From Candidatus Thorarchaeota archaeon (GTDB lineage Archaea; Asgardarchaeota; Thorarchaeia; Thorarchaeales; Thorarchaeaceae), in NCBI GenBank assembly GCA_019057475.1, contig DXJO01000020.1, forward strand, positions 64,001 to 128,000: DNA of 64,000 bases, read 5' to 3'. Position numbers and translations under genes: made by a program. Below are positions 18,426-27,357 of this stretch, piece by piece (the first letter of the stretch is position 1; each line of letters opens with the position of its first letter). Below the pieces are notes generated by a model. It did no database searches, was not told the DNA's origin, and was given only the letters and a program-made list of their open reading frames with translations.

Positions 18426-19448
18426 TTGCAATCGGATTCATACTACGAATTCACTCAAGCTATCGTGAACCTATTTATAGGCCTCTCCGATGCGCTCATA
18501 CCCCTTGGAATACCATTTGGCCCGATTGCCTGGTTCGTTATCGTTGTTACTGTACCCATGGCCATAGTCATAGCGTTTCTGCTGTATCGCATCAAGGGCT
18601 CTGCTGGCGGCTTGCCTGATGGTGTACGTAGAATCATTGCGTCAACTGGCGATGTTTCCTCGGGCATTGCAGGTACGAAAAAGGTACGGTTCATCAAAAC
18701 CCCCGGAGAAGCGTTGGTATTCCTCAAAGTGGAAGAGAATGCTGTTCAACAAGCTTTGGCTGCAGTTGATTACTACACTAAAGAAGGCGAGATAGACAGC
18801 TCGCTTCAAGACAAGCTTGTTTCACTCTATCAAGGCAGGCTCACTGCTGTACAGGCTGCAATTGCTAAAGACGAGGAACTGAAGGCTGTTGTGGATGCAG
18901 ACTCCGCGATGGATCGAGCACGATCTGATTACCTTCGGAAACTTGCAGCGATGTCTGGTACCACTGTAGAAGCAGACACTATTGAGTCAGGGCCGCCCAG
19001 CGTTGGGGCGCCAAGCGCAGCTGCGGTTACACCAAGTGATGCGGCAGCTCCTTCAGCCGGTCCCCCAAGTGGCGGCGCTCCGAGTGGTGGTGGACCTCCC
19101 AGCGGTGGTACACCTAGTGGTGGCGGTCCTCCAAGTGGCGGCGCTCCGAGTGGTGGTGGACCTCCAGGCGGTGGTGCACCTAGTGGTGAATCTCCAAGTG
19201 GCGCCACCCCGAGCGCTGGTACACCTAGTGGTGGTGGACCTCCAGGCGGTGGTGCACCTAGTAGTGGTCCTCCAGGCGGCGCACCTAGTAGCGGTGTTCC
19301 AAGCGGTCCTCCAGGTGGCGGAATCCCGAGTGGTCCTCCAGGTGGCACGTTAGGCGAGAAACCTTCTGGTGCACCTGGTAAAAGCTCTCTCCAGTCTGAG
19401 ATGCTCGCAGAAATGGAACGCTTGCGAACCCTGATGAGTGGGGATTAG
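18426..19448 (+). CDS. Membrane-anchored protein with helical domain, Gly/Pro/Ser-rich linker and C-terminal amphipathic helix
   Basis: TM segment at aa ~30-54; (GGPP/GGAPS)n region; C-terminus SSLQSEMLAEMERLRTLMSGD. Confidence 0.8.
   Translation: MQSDSYYEFTQAIVNLFIGLSDALIPLGIPFGPIAWFVIVVTVPMAIVIAFLLYRIKGSAGGLPDGVRRIIASTGDVSSGIAGTKKVRFIKTPGEALVFLKVEENAVQQALAAVDYYTKEGEIDSSLQDKLVSLYQGRLTAVQAAIAKDEELKAVVDADSAMDRARSDYLRKLAAMSGTTVEADTIESGPPSVGAPSAAAVTPSDAAAPSAGPPSGGAPSGGGPPSGGTPSGGGPPSGGAPSGGGPPGGGAPSGESPSGATPSAGTPSGGGPPGGGAPSSGPPGGAPSSGVPSGPPGGGIPSGPPGGTLGEKPSGAPGKSSLQSEMLAEMERLRTLMSGD
19055..19350 (+). repeat. Coding tandem degenerate repeats (GGPPSGG/GGAPSGG)
   Basis: For example, GGCGGCGCTCCGAGTGGTGGTGGACCTCC occurs at 19071 and 19137. 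Confidence 0.9.
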
Positions 19449-19575
19449 TAGCTCCGCCAGTCCTTGTATCCTTCCTCAGGATTCAGTGAATCTTAGATCG
19501 GATTCGATTGTCAGAAGCCTTTTTGAGTAGCCCACTCATGAGGCTCCGTATCACTGAGTTAAGGATGCTGATGAC

Positions 19576-20259
19576 ATGTCAGGTACTAAGCTAAATGCAG
19601 TAAGGAGCGTCATTCCCCTGATTCCTAAAAGTGGAGCGATAGGTTTGGGCAGTGGTTCCACTGTAGCAATCTTTGCAAAGGAACTTGGCCAACAGGTTCT
19701 GAATGGAAGCATCGACATAAGTGTCGTTCCAACTTCCTATCAAGCCTATGAACTGGCTATAGAACATGGAATAACCCTCACGAATCTGGATTTGAATCCT
19801 GAATTACTTCTGACTATTGATGGTGCTGATGAAGTTGACAAGAACCTTAACCTGACGAAGGGCGGAGGTGGCGCTCTGTTTCAGGAGAAGATAGTTGCAT
19901 CAGCATCCAAGAAGCTAATCATCATAGTGGATGAATCTAAATTGGTAGAGCGTCTTGCAACTAAGTTCGAGATTCCAGTGGAAGTGCTCCCATTCTCGCT
20001 GGGTGTTGTTCGGAGGAAGATTGTGGAGATGGGGATCACTCCGAACGTACGCCAAGCTCAGAAGAAGATGGGTCCCATAGTAACTGATAATGGAAATTTC
20101 ATTCTTGACCTCAAGTTTTCCAAGCCAATCAGTGAGCCAAGACAAGTTGCAATAGATCTAAAGATGATTTCCGGTGTTGTGGAAACCGGACTCTTCATTG
20201 ACATGGCAGACGAGGTGCATGTTGGTACAGAAACCGGCGTGCGTGTGCTGAAGAAATGA
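19576..20259 (+). CDS. rpiA: Ribose-5-phosphate isomerase A
   Basis: GLGSGST, DGADEVD, KGGGGAL and TDNGNFILD. Confidence 0.97.
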   Translation: MSGTKLNAVRSVIPLIPKSGAIGLGSGSTVAIFAKELGQQVLNGSIDISVVPTSYQAYELAIEHGITLTNLDLNPELLLTIDGADEVDKNLNLTKGGGGALFQEKIVASASKKLIIIVDESKLVERLATKFEIPVEVLPFSLGVVRRKIVEMGITPNVRQAQKKMGPIVTDNGNFILDLKFSKPISEPRQVAIDLKMISGVVETGLFIDMADEVHVGTETGVRVLKK

Positions 20260-20337
20260 TGGCGGGCCCGCCCGGATTTGAACCGGGGACAACTTGCTTA
20301 GGAGGCAAGTGCCCTATCCATACTAGGCCACGGGCCC
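20260..20337 (-). tRNA. tRNA-Arg(CCT)
   Basis: GGGCCCG/CGGGCCC, CTTGC-CTCCTAA-GCAAG, GCCA. Confidence 0.96.
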
Positions 20338-20399
20338 TCGGAGGAGAGCGTGCAATCAGTCAGTTGTTAAAGTTTTTGTAGCATTCTAACAGCAGGATG

Positions 20400-21680
20400 C
20401 TATTCCGCAATTTTCGCAGTGATTACTAAATTCCCCTCAAGTGCATCAACCAGCGCACCACCCTGCCTAGTCTTGATTCGGATAGAACTCTCACCATTAC
20501 GGCCAATGACCGTTGTTAGAAGGTAGTGGTCATCAGCAAAGACCTCTATCCTCATTTTTGCGAACTTCCGACCAGCAGTGATTGTGACTTTCTTCTTGGA
20601 ATAATTTACACTGATAGGCACTGACTGCCCTGGGGCACCTCGCCTGGGACCCCTACCGCGCTGCCTGCCCTCAGGCCGCATTCCACCCCTCACAGGTACT
20701 ATAATCTTCTCACCTCCAAACGAGAAGATTTCATGCTCAAGAACTCCCACCTCAAAGTCCCTGATTTCTATAACCGGTCTTGCTAAATCTCTCTGACTGC
20801 CGCCCATGCCTGTAGGGAGTTTCACTTTCAGAGCGAGCGAGGAAATTTTGGCAACGCGACCTGCTTCAATATGAAGGACAGTATCAACTGTGCTGGGCAG
20901 CTGGCCAAGTTCGACTCGCCCACCCAAGATAAGACGCTGAACTGCGTCAATGGCCGAACCAGCATGTACTACTCCCACCATGCCTACGCCCGCTGATCTG
21001 AGGTCTGAATAAGCCTGAAAGTCAGCCGTTTTTCTGAGTTCATCGTAGATTACGTAGTCTGGGCGCACAAGCAATAAGATGTCTGCAGCCTTTTCCATAC
21101 TGCCATCCAGGGGGGAATACTGCACGATGTCCTCTGTGACCTGAAGGTCTCGGGGCTGTTCAAGTGTCTTAACAACATTACCTTTCCGACTGTAGAACTC
21201 CGCAAGAGCTGCAGCGAAGGTGCTTTTTCCTGAGCCTGGTGATCCGGAAACCAAGATGCCCTCAGCTCGAGTTTCGAGCCGCTTCATTAGTTTCGGGCTA
21301 AGCTTGTAGTCTTCAATATTCAGTTTGGTAATGGGACGAATTGCAGAGATCTCCATCTTGTCGGCGAATGGGGGCATGGCAATCGCGATTCTCAGATTTC
21401 TAAGCTGAACCACAGCAGCCCCGTGCTCCTCTATCTCTATGAACGAGGCTTTGTCGTATCTTGCGCTTTCCATTATCGCCTCTGCAAGAATTTCCAGTTC
21501 CTCACACGTAAGAAGCCGATCGGACAGCTCAACAAGATCCCAATTGCCTGGTTCACCACGTTTGGCTCTGGGCGGATTGTTTTCAACGAGATGAACCGAC
21601 ATTGTGCGGTCATCGAAGAAAGCTTCGAGCTTCACAATATCCTCGGTTTTATATTCAGCTTCATCAGAGGTGTTTGTCAT
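20400..21680 (-). CDS. PINA-family PilT-type ATPase lacking the N-terminal PIN domain
   Basis: FFDDRTMSVHL, GSPGSGKST, LLVRPDYVIYDELR and GVGMVGVVHA; C-terminal domain as in PINA. Confidence 0.85.
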   Translation of the reverse strand: MTNTSDEAEYKTEDIVKLEAFFDDRTMSVHLVENNPPRAKRGEPGNWDLVELSDRLLTCEELEILAEAIMESARYDKASFIEIEEHGAAVVQLRNLRIAIAMPPFADKMEISAIRPITKLNIEDYKLSPKLMKRLETRAEGILVSGSPGSGKSTFAAALAEFYSRKGNVVKTLEQPRDLQVTEDIVQYSPLDGSMEKAADILLLVRPDYVIYDELRKTADFQAYSDLRSAGVGMVGVVHAGSAIDAVQRLILGGRVELGQLPSTVDTVLHIEAGRVAKISSLALKVKLPTGMGGSQRDLARPVIEIRDFEVGVLEHEIFSFGGEKIIVPVRGGMRPEGRQRGRGPRRGAPGQSVPISVNYSKKKVTITAGRKFAKMRIEVFADDHYLLTTVIGRNGESSIRIKTRQGGALVDALEGNLVITAKIAE

Positions 21681-21700
21681 TCTCTTTCACCATCACGATT

Positions 21701-22315
21701 CTATAGAATTGTCTGTGAAACCCTGTAATAATTTACTTCACCATTCTGGTCCACAAGGGCGAACACGAGTTTTTTCCTTGCAGCAGAGGCAGCTTCTGTC
21801 ACTCTATCCAATTCATCGAGAGTTATGGAAACTCCTTCCTTGAGTACGTAAATCAACTGCTTTGCCGGTGTGGTGCCAGGTTTGTCTCCGCGTGCATAGA
21901 CTCGAAAGCCCAATCCTCCTCCGAATCCTTGACGAACTGCAAATCCCCTGCTTCTTAGGTCTCGAAAGACTAAGTGATTGACCCACAGTTCAGGATTCTT
22001 TTCTATCAATTCACTGACAATATAACTGGCTTGAATTCTCTCTCCGGCGGCATTCTTGGCGACAACCCTCTTCCAATCAATCAGGTGTATGAGTTCAATC
22101 GGCTCAAGCTCCAGCCTGCCATCGTCAAGTCTAACACCATAGAACCCCTGACGTGATATCCGGTCCGCATCTTCCTTCGCAACATAGCCTTTCTGTCCAT
22201 CGAAAATGGCTTCAGCTGGTTCAGCTTCCGGTTCTGGAGGTTCTTCCGCAACCTCATTGTCGTTGAATGGATCAACCGGCTCTAGATTTGGGCCTTCTCC
22301 GCCATCATCTGACAA
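21701..22315 (-). CDS. endA: tRNA-intron endonuclease subunit, probably the structural (non-catalytic) type
   Basis: VFRDLRSRGF, FRVY and ARKKLVFALVD; the catalytic His position is not His. Confidence 0.85.
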   Translation of the reverse strand: MSDDGGEGPNLEPVDPFNDNEVAEEPPEPEAEPAEAIFDGQKGYVAKEDADRISRQGFYGVRLDDGRLELEPIELIHLIDWKRVVAKNAAGERIQASYIVSELIEKNPELWVNHLVFRDLRSRGFAVRQGFGGGLGFRVYARGDKPGTTPAKQLIYVLKEGVSITLDELDRVTEAASAARKKLVFALVDQNGEVNYYRVSQTIL

Positions 22316-22417
22316 TTCTTAATCGCCTGTTTTACCTAGGCCCGGGCGTTCCTGTGAAAAACCCTTCGACGCACCAGATGACAACAACTAATAACCGACT
22401 CAAGAAACTGCAGGTTC

Positions 22418-22921
22418 GTGACAGACATCGGGACCAGCCTGAAGGAGTTCATAACTGGCACAAGACGTGTTGCTGTCTTGGGAATTGGAAATGAGCTGCG
22501 GACGGATGACGGCATCGGTCCATTCATTATTGAAGGGCTGAACGTGGACAGTCCAAGCCTGCTGATTGAGAATGTTGGATCAGTTCCTGAGGCTTTCGCA
22601 CGACCGCTTGCAAAGTTTAAGGCTGAAAGAATCATAATGATAGATGCGGCAGATATGAAAAAACCGCCAGGTCATATCGAATTAGTCACAAAAGACAGGA
22701 TAGGTGGGATTGCAATAAGCACACACAGCATGCCTTTGTCCTTTCTAATGATGTATCTGGAGCAGGAAACTGGTGCTCAGACGATTCTTCTTGGAATTCA
22801 ACCCCAAGACATCCAATTCGGGGAAGGACTGACCCCTGAGTTAGGCGAGGCCGCTCAGAAGATTATTAGCACGTTGAACATTCTACTCTCCGACCATGTA
22901 CGAGGGCTAAAAGATGTTTAG
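22418..22921 (+). CDS. hycI: Hydrogenase maturation endopeptidase (HycI family)
   Basis: LGIGNELRTDDGIG, VPE, IDAAD and STHSMPL. Confidence 0.92.
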   Translation: MTDIGTSLKEFITGTRRVAVLGIGNELRTDDGIGPFIIEGLNVDSPSLLIENVGSVPEAFARPLAKFKAERIIMIDAADMKKPPGHIELVTKDRIGGIAISTHSMPLSFLMMYLEQETGAQTILLGIQPQDIQFGEGLTPELGEAAQKIISTLNILLSDHVRGLKDV

Positions 22922-23951
22922 GACAATCGAGTGGCTTGATGAAGAGCATGCAGTCAGACTCGTCGACCAGACAAAGCTGCCTTTGGTGACTGGGCATATC
23001 ATCACCGAGAGTCATGAGCGAATTGCTCATGCTATCAAAACAATGGAGATTCGCGGTGCTCCTGCCATTGGGGCCGCTGCAGGAATGGGAATGGCACTGG
23101 CCGCAATCGAGAGCAACTCGAAAACAAAGGATGAGCTGCTCACTTTCTTGGAGAAGGCTGCTGTAACATTGAACACACGACCAACCGCTGTTAATCTCAC
23201 TTGGGCCACATCACGTATCCTCAGCGTAGCACGAAACAGCGAAGGCAGTGTGGACGACATAGTCAATATTCTGGTTGATGAAGCCAAAGAAATCGCTGAG
23301 GAAGACGTTCGTATGTGCAGAAGCATAGGTGAACATGCATTATCTCTGATTAAGCCCGGCTTCACAATTCAGACAATATGCAATGCAGGATCTCTTGCAA
23401 CGGTCCATCTTGGTACAGTAGGAGCCGTAATTCGCGTGGCTCACGAGAAGTATGACGGAAACATCAAAGTCTATGCAGCTGAAACTCGACCCAGACAACA
23501 GGGTGCCAGACTGACTGTGTTCGAATTGATGGAGGACGGAATAGATACAACACTCATAACAGATGGCATGATTGGTACAGTGTTTCGTGAAGGACGAATT
23601 GATTGTTGTGTGGTGGGTGCCGATAGGATACTAAGAACAGGTCATGTGACCAACAAAATAGGAACATACACAATGGCAATCACCGCGAAGTATCATAACA
23701 TACCGTTCTACGTTGCAGCTCCAATGTCCACAATTGACATGCAAACTAGTCCAGATGATATTGAGATCGAGGAGCGTAATGGAAATGAAGTCCGAATGAT
23801 AAACGGCGAGTATATCACGGTTCCATCTGCCAAGGTATACAACCCAGCGTTTGACACGACACCTCCTGAGCTCATCACAGCTATCATCACAGACAAGGGA
23901 GTCGTAAGGAATCCCAACGAAAACAGAATGCGCAAAATGTATGAATCATGA
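22914..23951 (+). CDS. mtnA: Methylthioribose-1-phosphate isomerase (eIF2B-like family)
   Basis: IRGAPAIG, RPTAVNL, CNAGSLAT, ETRP.QQGARLT and NPAFD.TP. Confidence 0.9.
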   Translation: MFRTIEWLDEEHAVRLVDQTKLPLVTGHIITESHERIAHAIKTMEIRGAPAIGAAAGMGMALAAIESNSKTKDELLTFLEKAAVTLNTRPTAVNLTWATSRILSVARNSEGSVDDIVNILVDEAKEIAEEDVRMCRSIGEHALSLIKPGFTIQTICNAGSLATVHLGTVGAVIRVAHEKYDGNIKVYAAETRPRQQGARLTVFELMEDGIDTTLITDGMIGTVFREGRIDCCVVGADRILRTGHVTNKIGTYTMAITAKYHNIPFYVAAPMSTIDMQTSPDDIEIEERNGNEVRMINGEYITVPSAKVYNPAFDTTPPELITAIITDKGVVRNPNENRMRKMYES

Positions 23952-24014
23952 ATGTAGGTTTCTAGAGAGAAAATACCTAGAAGGTTCAAGAAACGTAAGG
24001 AAAGTGCTGAGCTC

Positions 24015-24911
24015 TTGAGCAGTATTCTTGTCGAGTTTCGGACTATTAATGGGGAAATTAGCCATGTGCCTTTCAGCAAAGGTGAAACTAAGATCAATTT
24101 ATCAGAAACAGGCATAGTTTCTATAGATTTGTCGGTATTTTGCGAGTTTTCGACATTGGAATCACTGAATCTCTCCCGAAATCATTTGGAGAATCTTGAA
24201 CTAGGTCATCTCAGTCAGTGCAATCAACTTGAATCCTTAGACCTCAGTCACAATGCATTAGCAATAATAGACCTCAGCCCGCTAAGCAAGCTCAAGAACC
24301 TCAATAAACTATCACTGTCATACAATCCTCTAGCAGAGCTGGACTTTGCACCTCTTCAACATTGTACTGGCCTGAAGACACTTAGACTCACAAATGTTGG
24401 GCTGAAAGAGATAGATCTCTCATTCTTGACTCAATGCACAGAACTGCAACAGCTTTCATTGGTCTTCAACAATCTGTACCAGTTAGACCTCGCACCTTTG
24501 GCTTCATGTAGGAATCTGCAAATGCTTTCAATCAACAAGAACCAACTCAAATCTATCGACCTGACACCTCTCAAATCCTGTCGCAATTTAATTACATTGA
24601 ACCTCAGTGATAACCAGTTGTCCGAGATAGATCTGACTTCACTCCAAGACTGTTTCAAGTTCTACTCTCTGATTCTATTCAAGAATAAACTGCAGGCGAT
24701 TGCTCTCGAGCCAATCGGACGGATAGAAACTCTGAGAGGTCTCAATTTAGCTTACAACGAGCTACGAAGTGTTGACTTGAGGCCTTTGTCCCAATACTCT
24801 CAAATGAAGGAAATTCATCTTTACGGCAATCCGCTTGAAGAACTTAACAAGCCGAATGTTGCAAATCCCGGTCTGATGTTGAACTCGCCTGAAGGAAGAA
24901 GCACACAATGA
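24015..24911 (+). CDS. Leucine-rich repeat protein (about eleven 22-aa LRRs)
   Basis: Repeat LxxLxLxxNxLxxIDLxPLxxC. Confidence 0.92.
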   Translation: MSSILVEFRTINGEISHVPFSKGETKINLSETGIVSIDLSVFCEFSTLESLNLSRNHLENLELGHLSQCNQLESLDLSHNALAIIDLSPLSKLKNLNKLSLSYNPLAELDFAPLQHCTGLKTLRLTNVGLKEIDLSFLTQCTELQQLSLVFNNLYQLDLAPLASCRNLQMLSINKNQLKSIDLTPLKSCRNLITLNLSDNQLSEIDLTSLQDCFKFYSLILFKNKLQAIALEPIGRIETLRGLNLAYNELRSVDLRPLSQYSQMKEIHLYGNPLEELNKPNVANPGLMLNSPEGRSTQ

Positions 24912-26011
24912 ATGAATGGCTCTCTGTCTTGAAGTACAATCCCATTGAGTGGCTTTTGGAATCCAGCAATCCAGCGGTTCGTTTCTTCACTTTAAAGGAT
25001 CTTCTTGATTATGCCGATGACAACCCCGGAGTTCTGGAGGCAAGAAATGCAATCATGGATGATAGAAGAGTTTCCAAGATACTCAGCAAACAGAATCAAG
25101 AAGGACATTGGGAGGCTCCGGAAAAACCATACCTACCGAAGTACAAGTCCTCCTACTGGCAAGTTATGATTCTTGGAATGCTAGGAGTCAACCAGTTTAA
25201 TGTTCAAATTCAGAGGGCGATCAATCACATATTCCGATTTCAGCATGCAGAGGGCGGATTTACAGAACTCAGCGAGATAGGAGCACGAGAAGAGTATAAG
25301 TTTGTAATCCAAAGATCATTAAAGAAGCACAAGGAACCGCCTCCCTTTGATACTTGGGCTGAATCAAAGATTCGAGAGTCTGAGTTGACATGTCTGACTG
25401 GGAATGTAGTCCTCGCTCTAATCCGATTGGGCCGCGCCGATGATGAGCGGGTGCTGAGAGCTCTCAAGTGGCTCATCGAAGTGCAGAATGTTGACGGTGG
25501 CTGGTTGTGCCCTTATTGGAAAGCACACATCAAGGACAAACATGGATGTTTCATGGGGACGATAACTCCTCTACATGCATTCTCCGAGTTTCCAGCCAAG
25601 AACAAAGTACCGGGAATGGAATCCTCCATCAGAAGAGGCGCAGAATTCCTGCTAATGCACAGGCTATTCATGGCCGATCACCACAATTTCAAAGTGATAA
25701 AGGAGTCATGGCTCAGATTCGGCTTTCCTCAGTTTTTCTATGATATACTCCGAGGTCTATCCGTGGTCACAGAATTGGGTTATGCTACCGATTCAAGAAT
25801 AGATGATGCACTAGAAATTCTTCTGCGAAAACAGAACAATGACGGGTCATGGAATCTTGAAAGTTCCCCCGTGGGACGAATGCAAACCACTCTGGAACGG
25901 AAAGGAACTCCAAGCAAGTGGATCACTTTGGATGCACTTCGAGTAGTAAAGAGAGTATACGAAGCCAGAGGATCACTCTCAATCGACGAGCTGGAGCTAG
26001 TGCATCGTTAA
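24908..26011 (+). CDS. Prenyltransferase/squalene-cyclase-like alpha-alpha toroid protein
   Basis: QxxxGxW repeats (QNQEGHW, QNVDGGW, QNNDGSW) and PSKWITL. Confidence 0.8.
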   Translation: MNEWLSVLKYNPIEWLLESSNPAVRFFTLKDLLDYADDNPGVLEARNAIMDDRRVSKILSKQNQEGHWEAPEKPYLPKYKSSYWQVMILGMLGVNQFNVQIQRAINHIFRFQHAEGGFTELSEIGAREEYKFVIQRSLKKHKEPPPFDTWAESKIRESELTCLTGNVVLALIRLGRADDERVLRALKWLIEVQNVDGGWLCPYWKAHIKDKHGCFMGTITPLHAFSEFPAKNKVPGMESSIRRGAEFLLMHRLFMADHHNFKVIKESWLRFGFPQFFYDILRGLSVVTELGYATDSRIDDALEILLRKQNNDGSWNLESSPVGRMQTTLERKGTPSKWITLDALRVVKRVYEARGSLSIDELELVHR

Positions 26012-26068
26012 CCACACTGCAGCATAGAAGTCCTTAAGAGTCGTTCAAGCAGAGCTAGAGTGAATTTA

Positions 26069-26146
26069 GGGCGCGTAGTCTAGTCTGGATAGGGCGCCTG
26101 CCTTCGAAGCAGGATTCCCCAGGTTCAAGTCCTGGCGCGCCCGCCA
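26069..26146 (+). tRNA. tRNA-Arg(TCG)
   Basis: GGGCGCG/CGCGCCC, CCTGC-CTTCGAA-GCAGG, GCCA. Confidence 0.96.
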
Positions 26147-26149
26147 CGC

Positions 26150-26368
26150 CTAACTCTTGCCCAGTTTCTTGGTCCAAACTTCAAGGAAGTACTCAAGAGA
26201 CCTGCCGAAGGTTTTCTCGGCTTCAGGCGGAAAGAGGCATCCTGGTAGCTCACGGTGGGCCCAATGAGACTCTATACAATCGCAACAGATTCCCTTTTTT
26301 GAGCATCCGGGATAGGTGCAACCACACCGCTCTTTGTTTCTCTCGATGTTACAGATTCTGCCAGTCAT
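26150..26368 (-). CDS. Small Cys-rich protein (DUF6485-like)
   Basis: CGCTYPGCSKKGICCDCI..H..ELPGCLF..E.TF.RS. Confidence 0.8.
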   Translation of the reverse strand: MTGRICNIERNKERCGCTYPGCSKKGICCDCIESHWAHRELPGCLFPPEAEKTFGRSLEYFLEVWTKKLGKS

Positions 26369-26461
26369 TTCTAGCCCCGTCAGTGCCTTGAGCAAGCCGG
26401 TTAAAACATAATTGGTCTAGTCGATAGGCTAATAGACAGGAATAGCCAATTTGCTATCGTC

Positions 26462-27241
26462 ATGGACCTTGTGAAGGAACTCGGTAACGATCTCACCGGA
26501 GTTGACGGCATCAAACTGAATCCTGCAAGAGCGCGAGCTCTAGAGAATCTTCTCACGCAGAACTTTGATCCAGATGTTAAGACTAGACTGATTCGGCGTT
26601 TCAAGAGTAAGAAGAACGTGGTCATTCACATAGGCATGGACTCAGATTCCGGTATGCCAGATCTCGTGGCAAAGATGTTCGTCACAGAGCATTTCAAAAC
26701 CGACTTGATGGCACTGAAACTGAGTCATGAGAATGAGCTTGCTGTACCCAGAGTCGTTGACGCTAACGATGGAGTCATTCTCATGGATTTCATTTCCGGG
26801 GAACCTCTAACTGAACGAATCAACAGAACGTTCGAACCCGCCCTGATAGACGACTTGGCCAAGTGGTATTACGATTATCATTCCATCCGCGACATGATAA
26901 AGGGCGACCCCCGTCTACGTAACTTCATCTGTGCTGAGAACGCACTTGTTGGCTTGGATTTTGAAGAAACAACATCAGGACACTGGATTCTTGATATCGG
27001 CGGGGCCAGCGCAAGTCTACTCGACACGAAGCCAGTTTTCGATTCCAGAAAAAGGAAACTTGTATGGCGTTTCCTAGAAGAATACCTTTCATTGCGTGGC
27101 AAGGAACGGGGCAAGAGCATTGATGGCCTGTTCATCACAACTGTTTCGGAAGCCCTGAAACGCACAGCTTACTGGCGCAAAGACGATGCCATTCTAGCAC
27201 TTGCAGACCAAGTCAGAACGAGTGGGATTCCTGTCGATTAG
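26462..27241 (+). CDS. Protein-kinase-like fold protein (Bud32/RIO/APH-like)
   Basis: VAK, VPRV, LMDFISG, GDPRLRNF and GLDFEE. Confidence 0.8.
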   Translation: MDLVKELGNDLTGVDGIKLNPARARALENLLTQNFDPDVKTRLIRRFKSKKNVVIHIGMDSDSGMPDLVAKMFVTEHFKTDLMALKLSHENELAVPRVVDANDGVILMDFISGEPLTERINRTFEPALIDDLAKWYYDYHSIRDMIKGDPRLRNFICAENALVGLDFEETTSGHWILDIGGASASLLDTKPVFDSRKRKLVWRFLEEYLSLRGKERGKSIDGLFITTVSEALKRTAYWRKDDAILALADQVRTSGIPVD

Positions 27242-27357
27242 TCCTAGGACGCTCATCTCAAAGAAATATCATCCCCAAACGTTCATATTCTGGTGCTTTA
27301 TTGATATGCACGACCAAACATATCACTTCACTATCTTGGTCACGTAGGCGTGTTACG

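Noticed and set aside
18929-19353. Collagen-like antisense ORF and alternative-frame ORF
   Set aside because: Both are shadows of the Gly/Pro coding repeat in 18426-19448.
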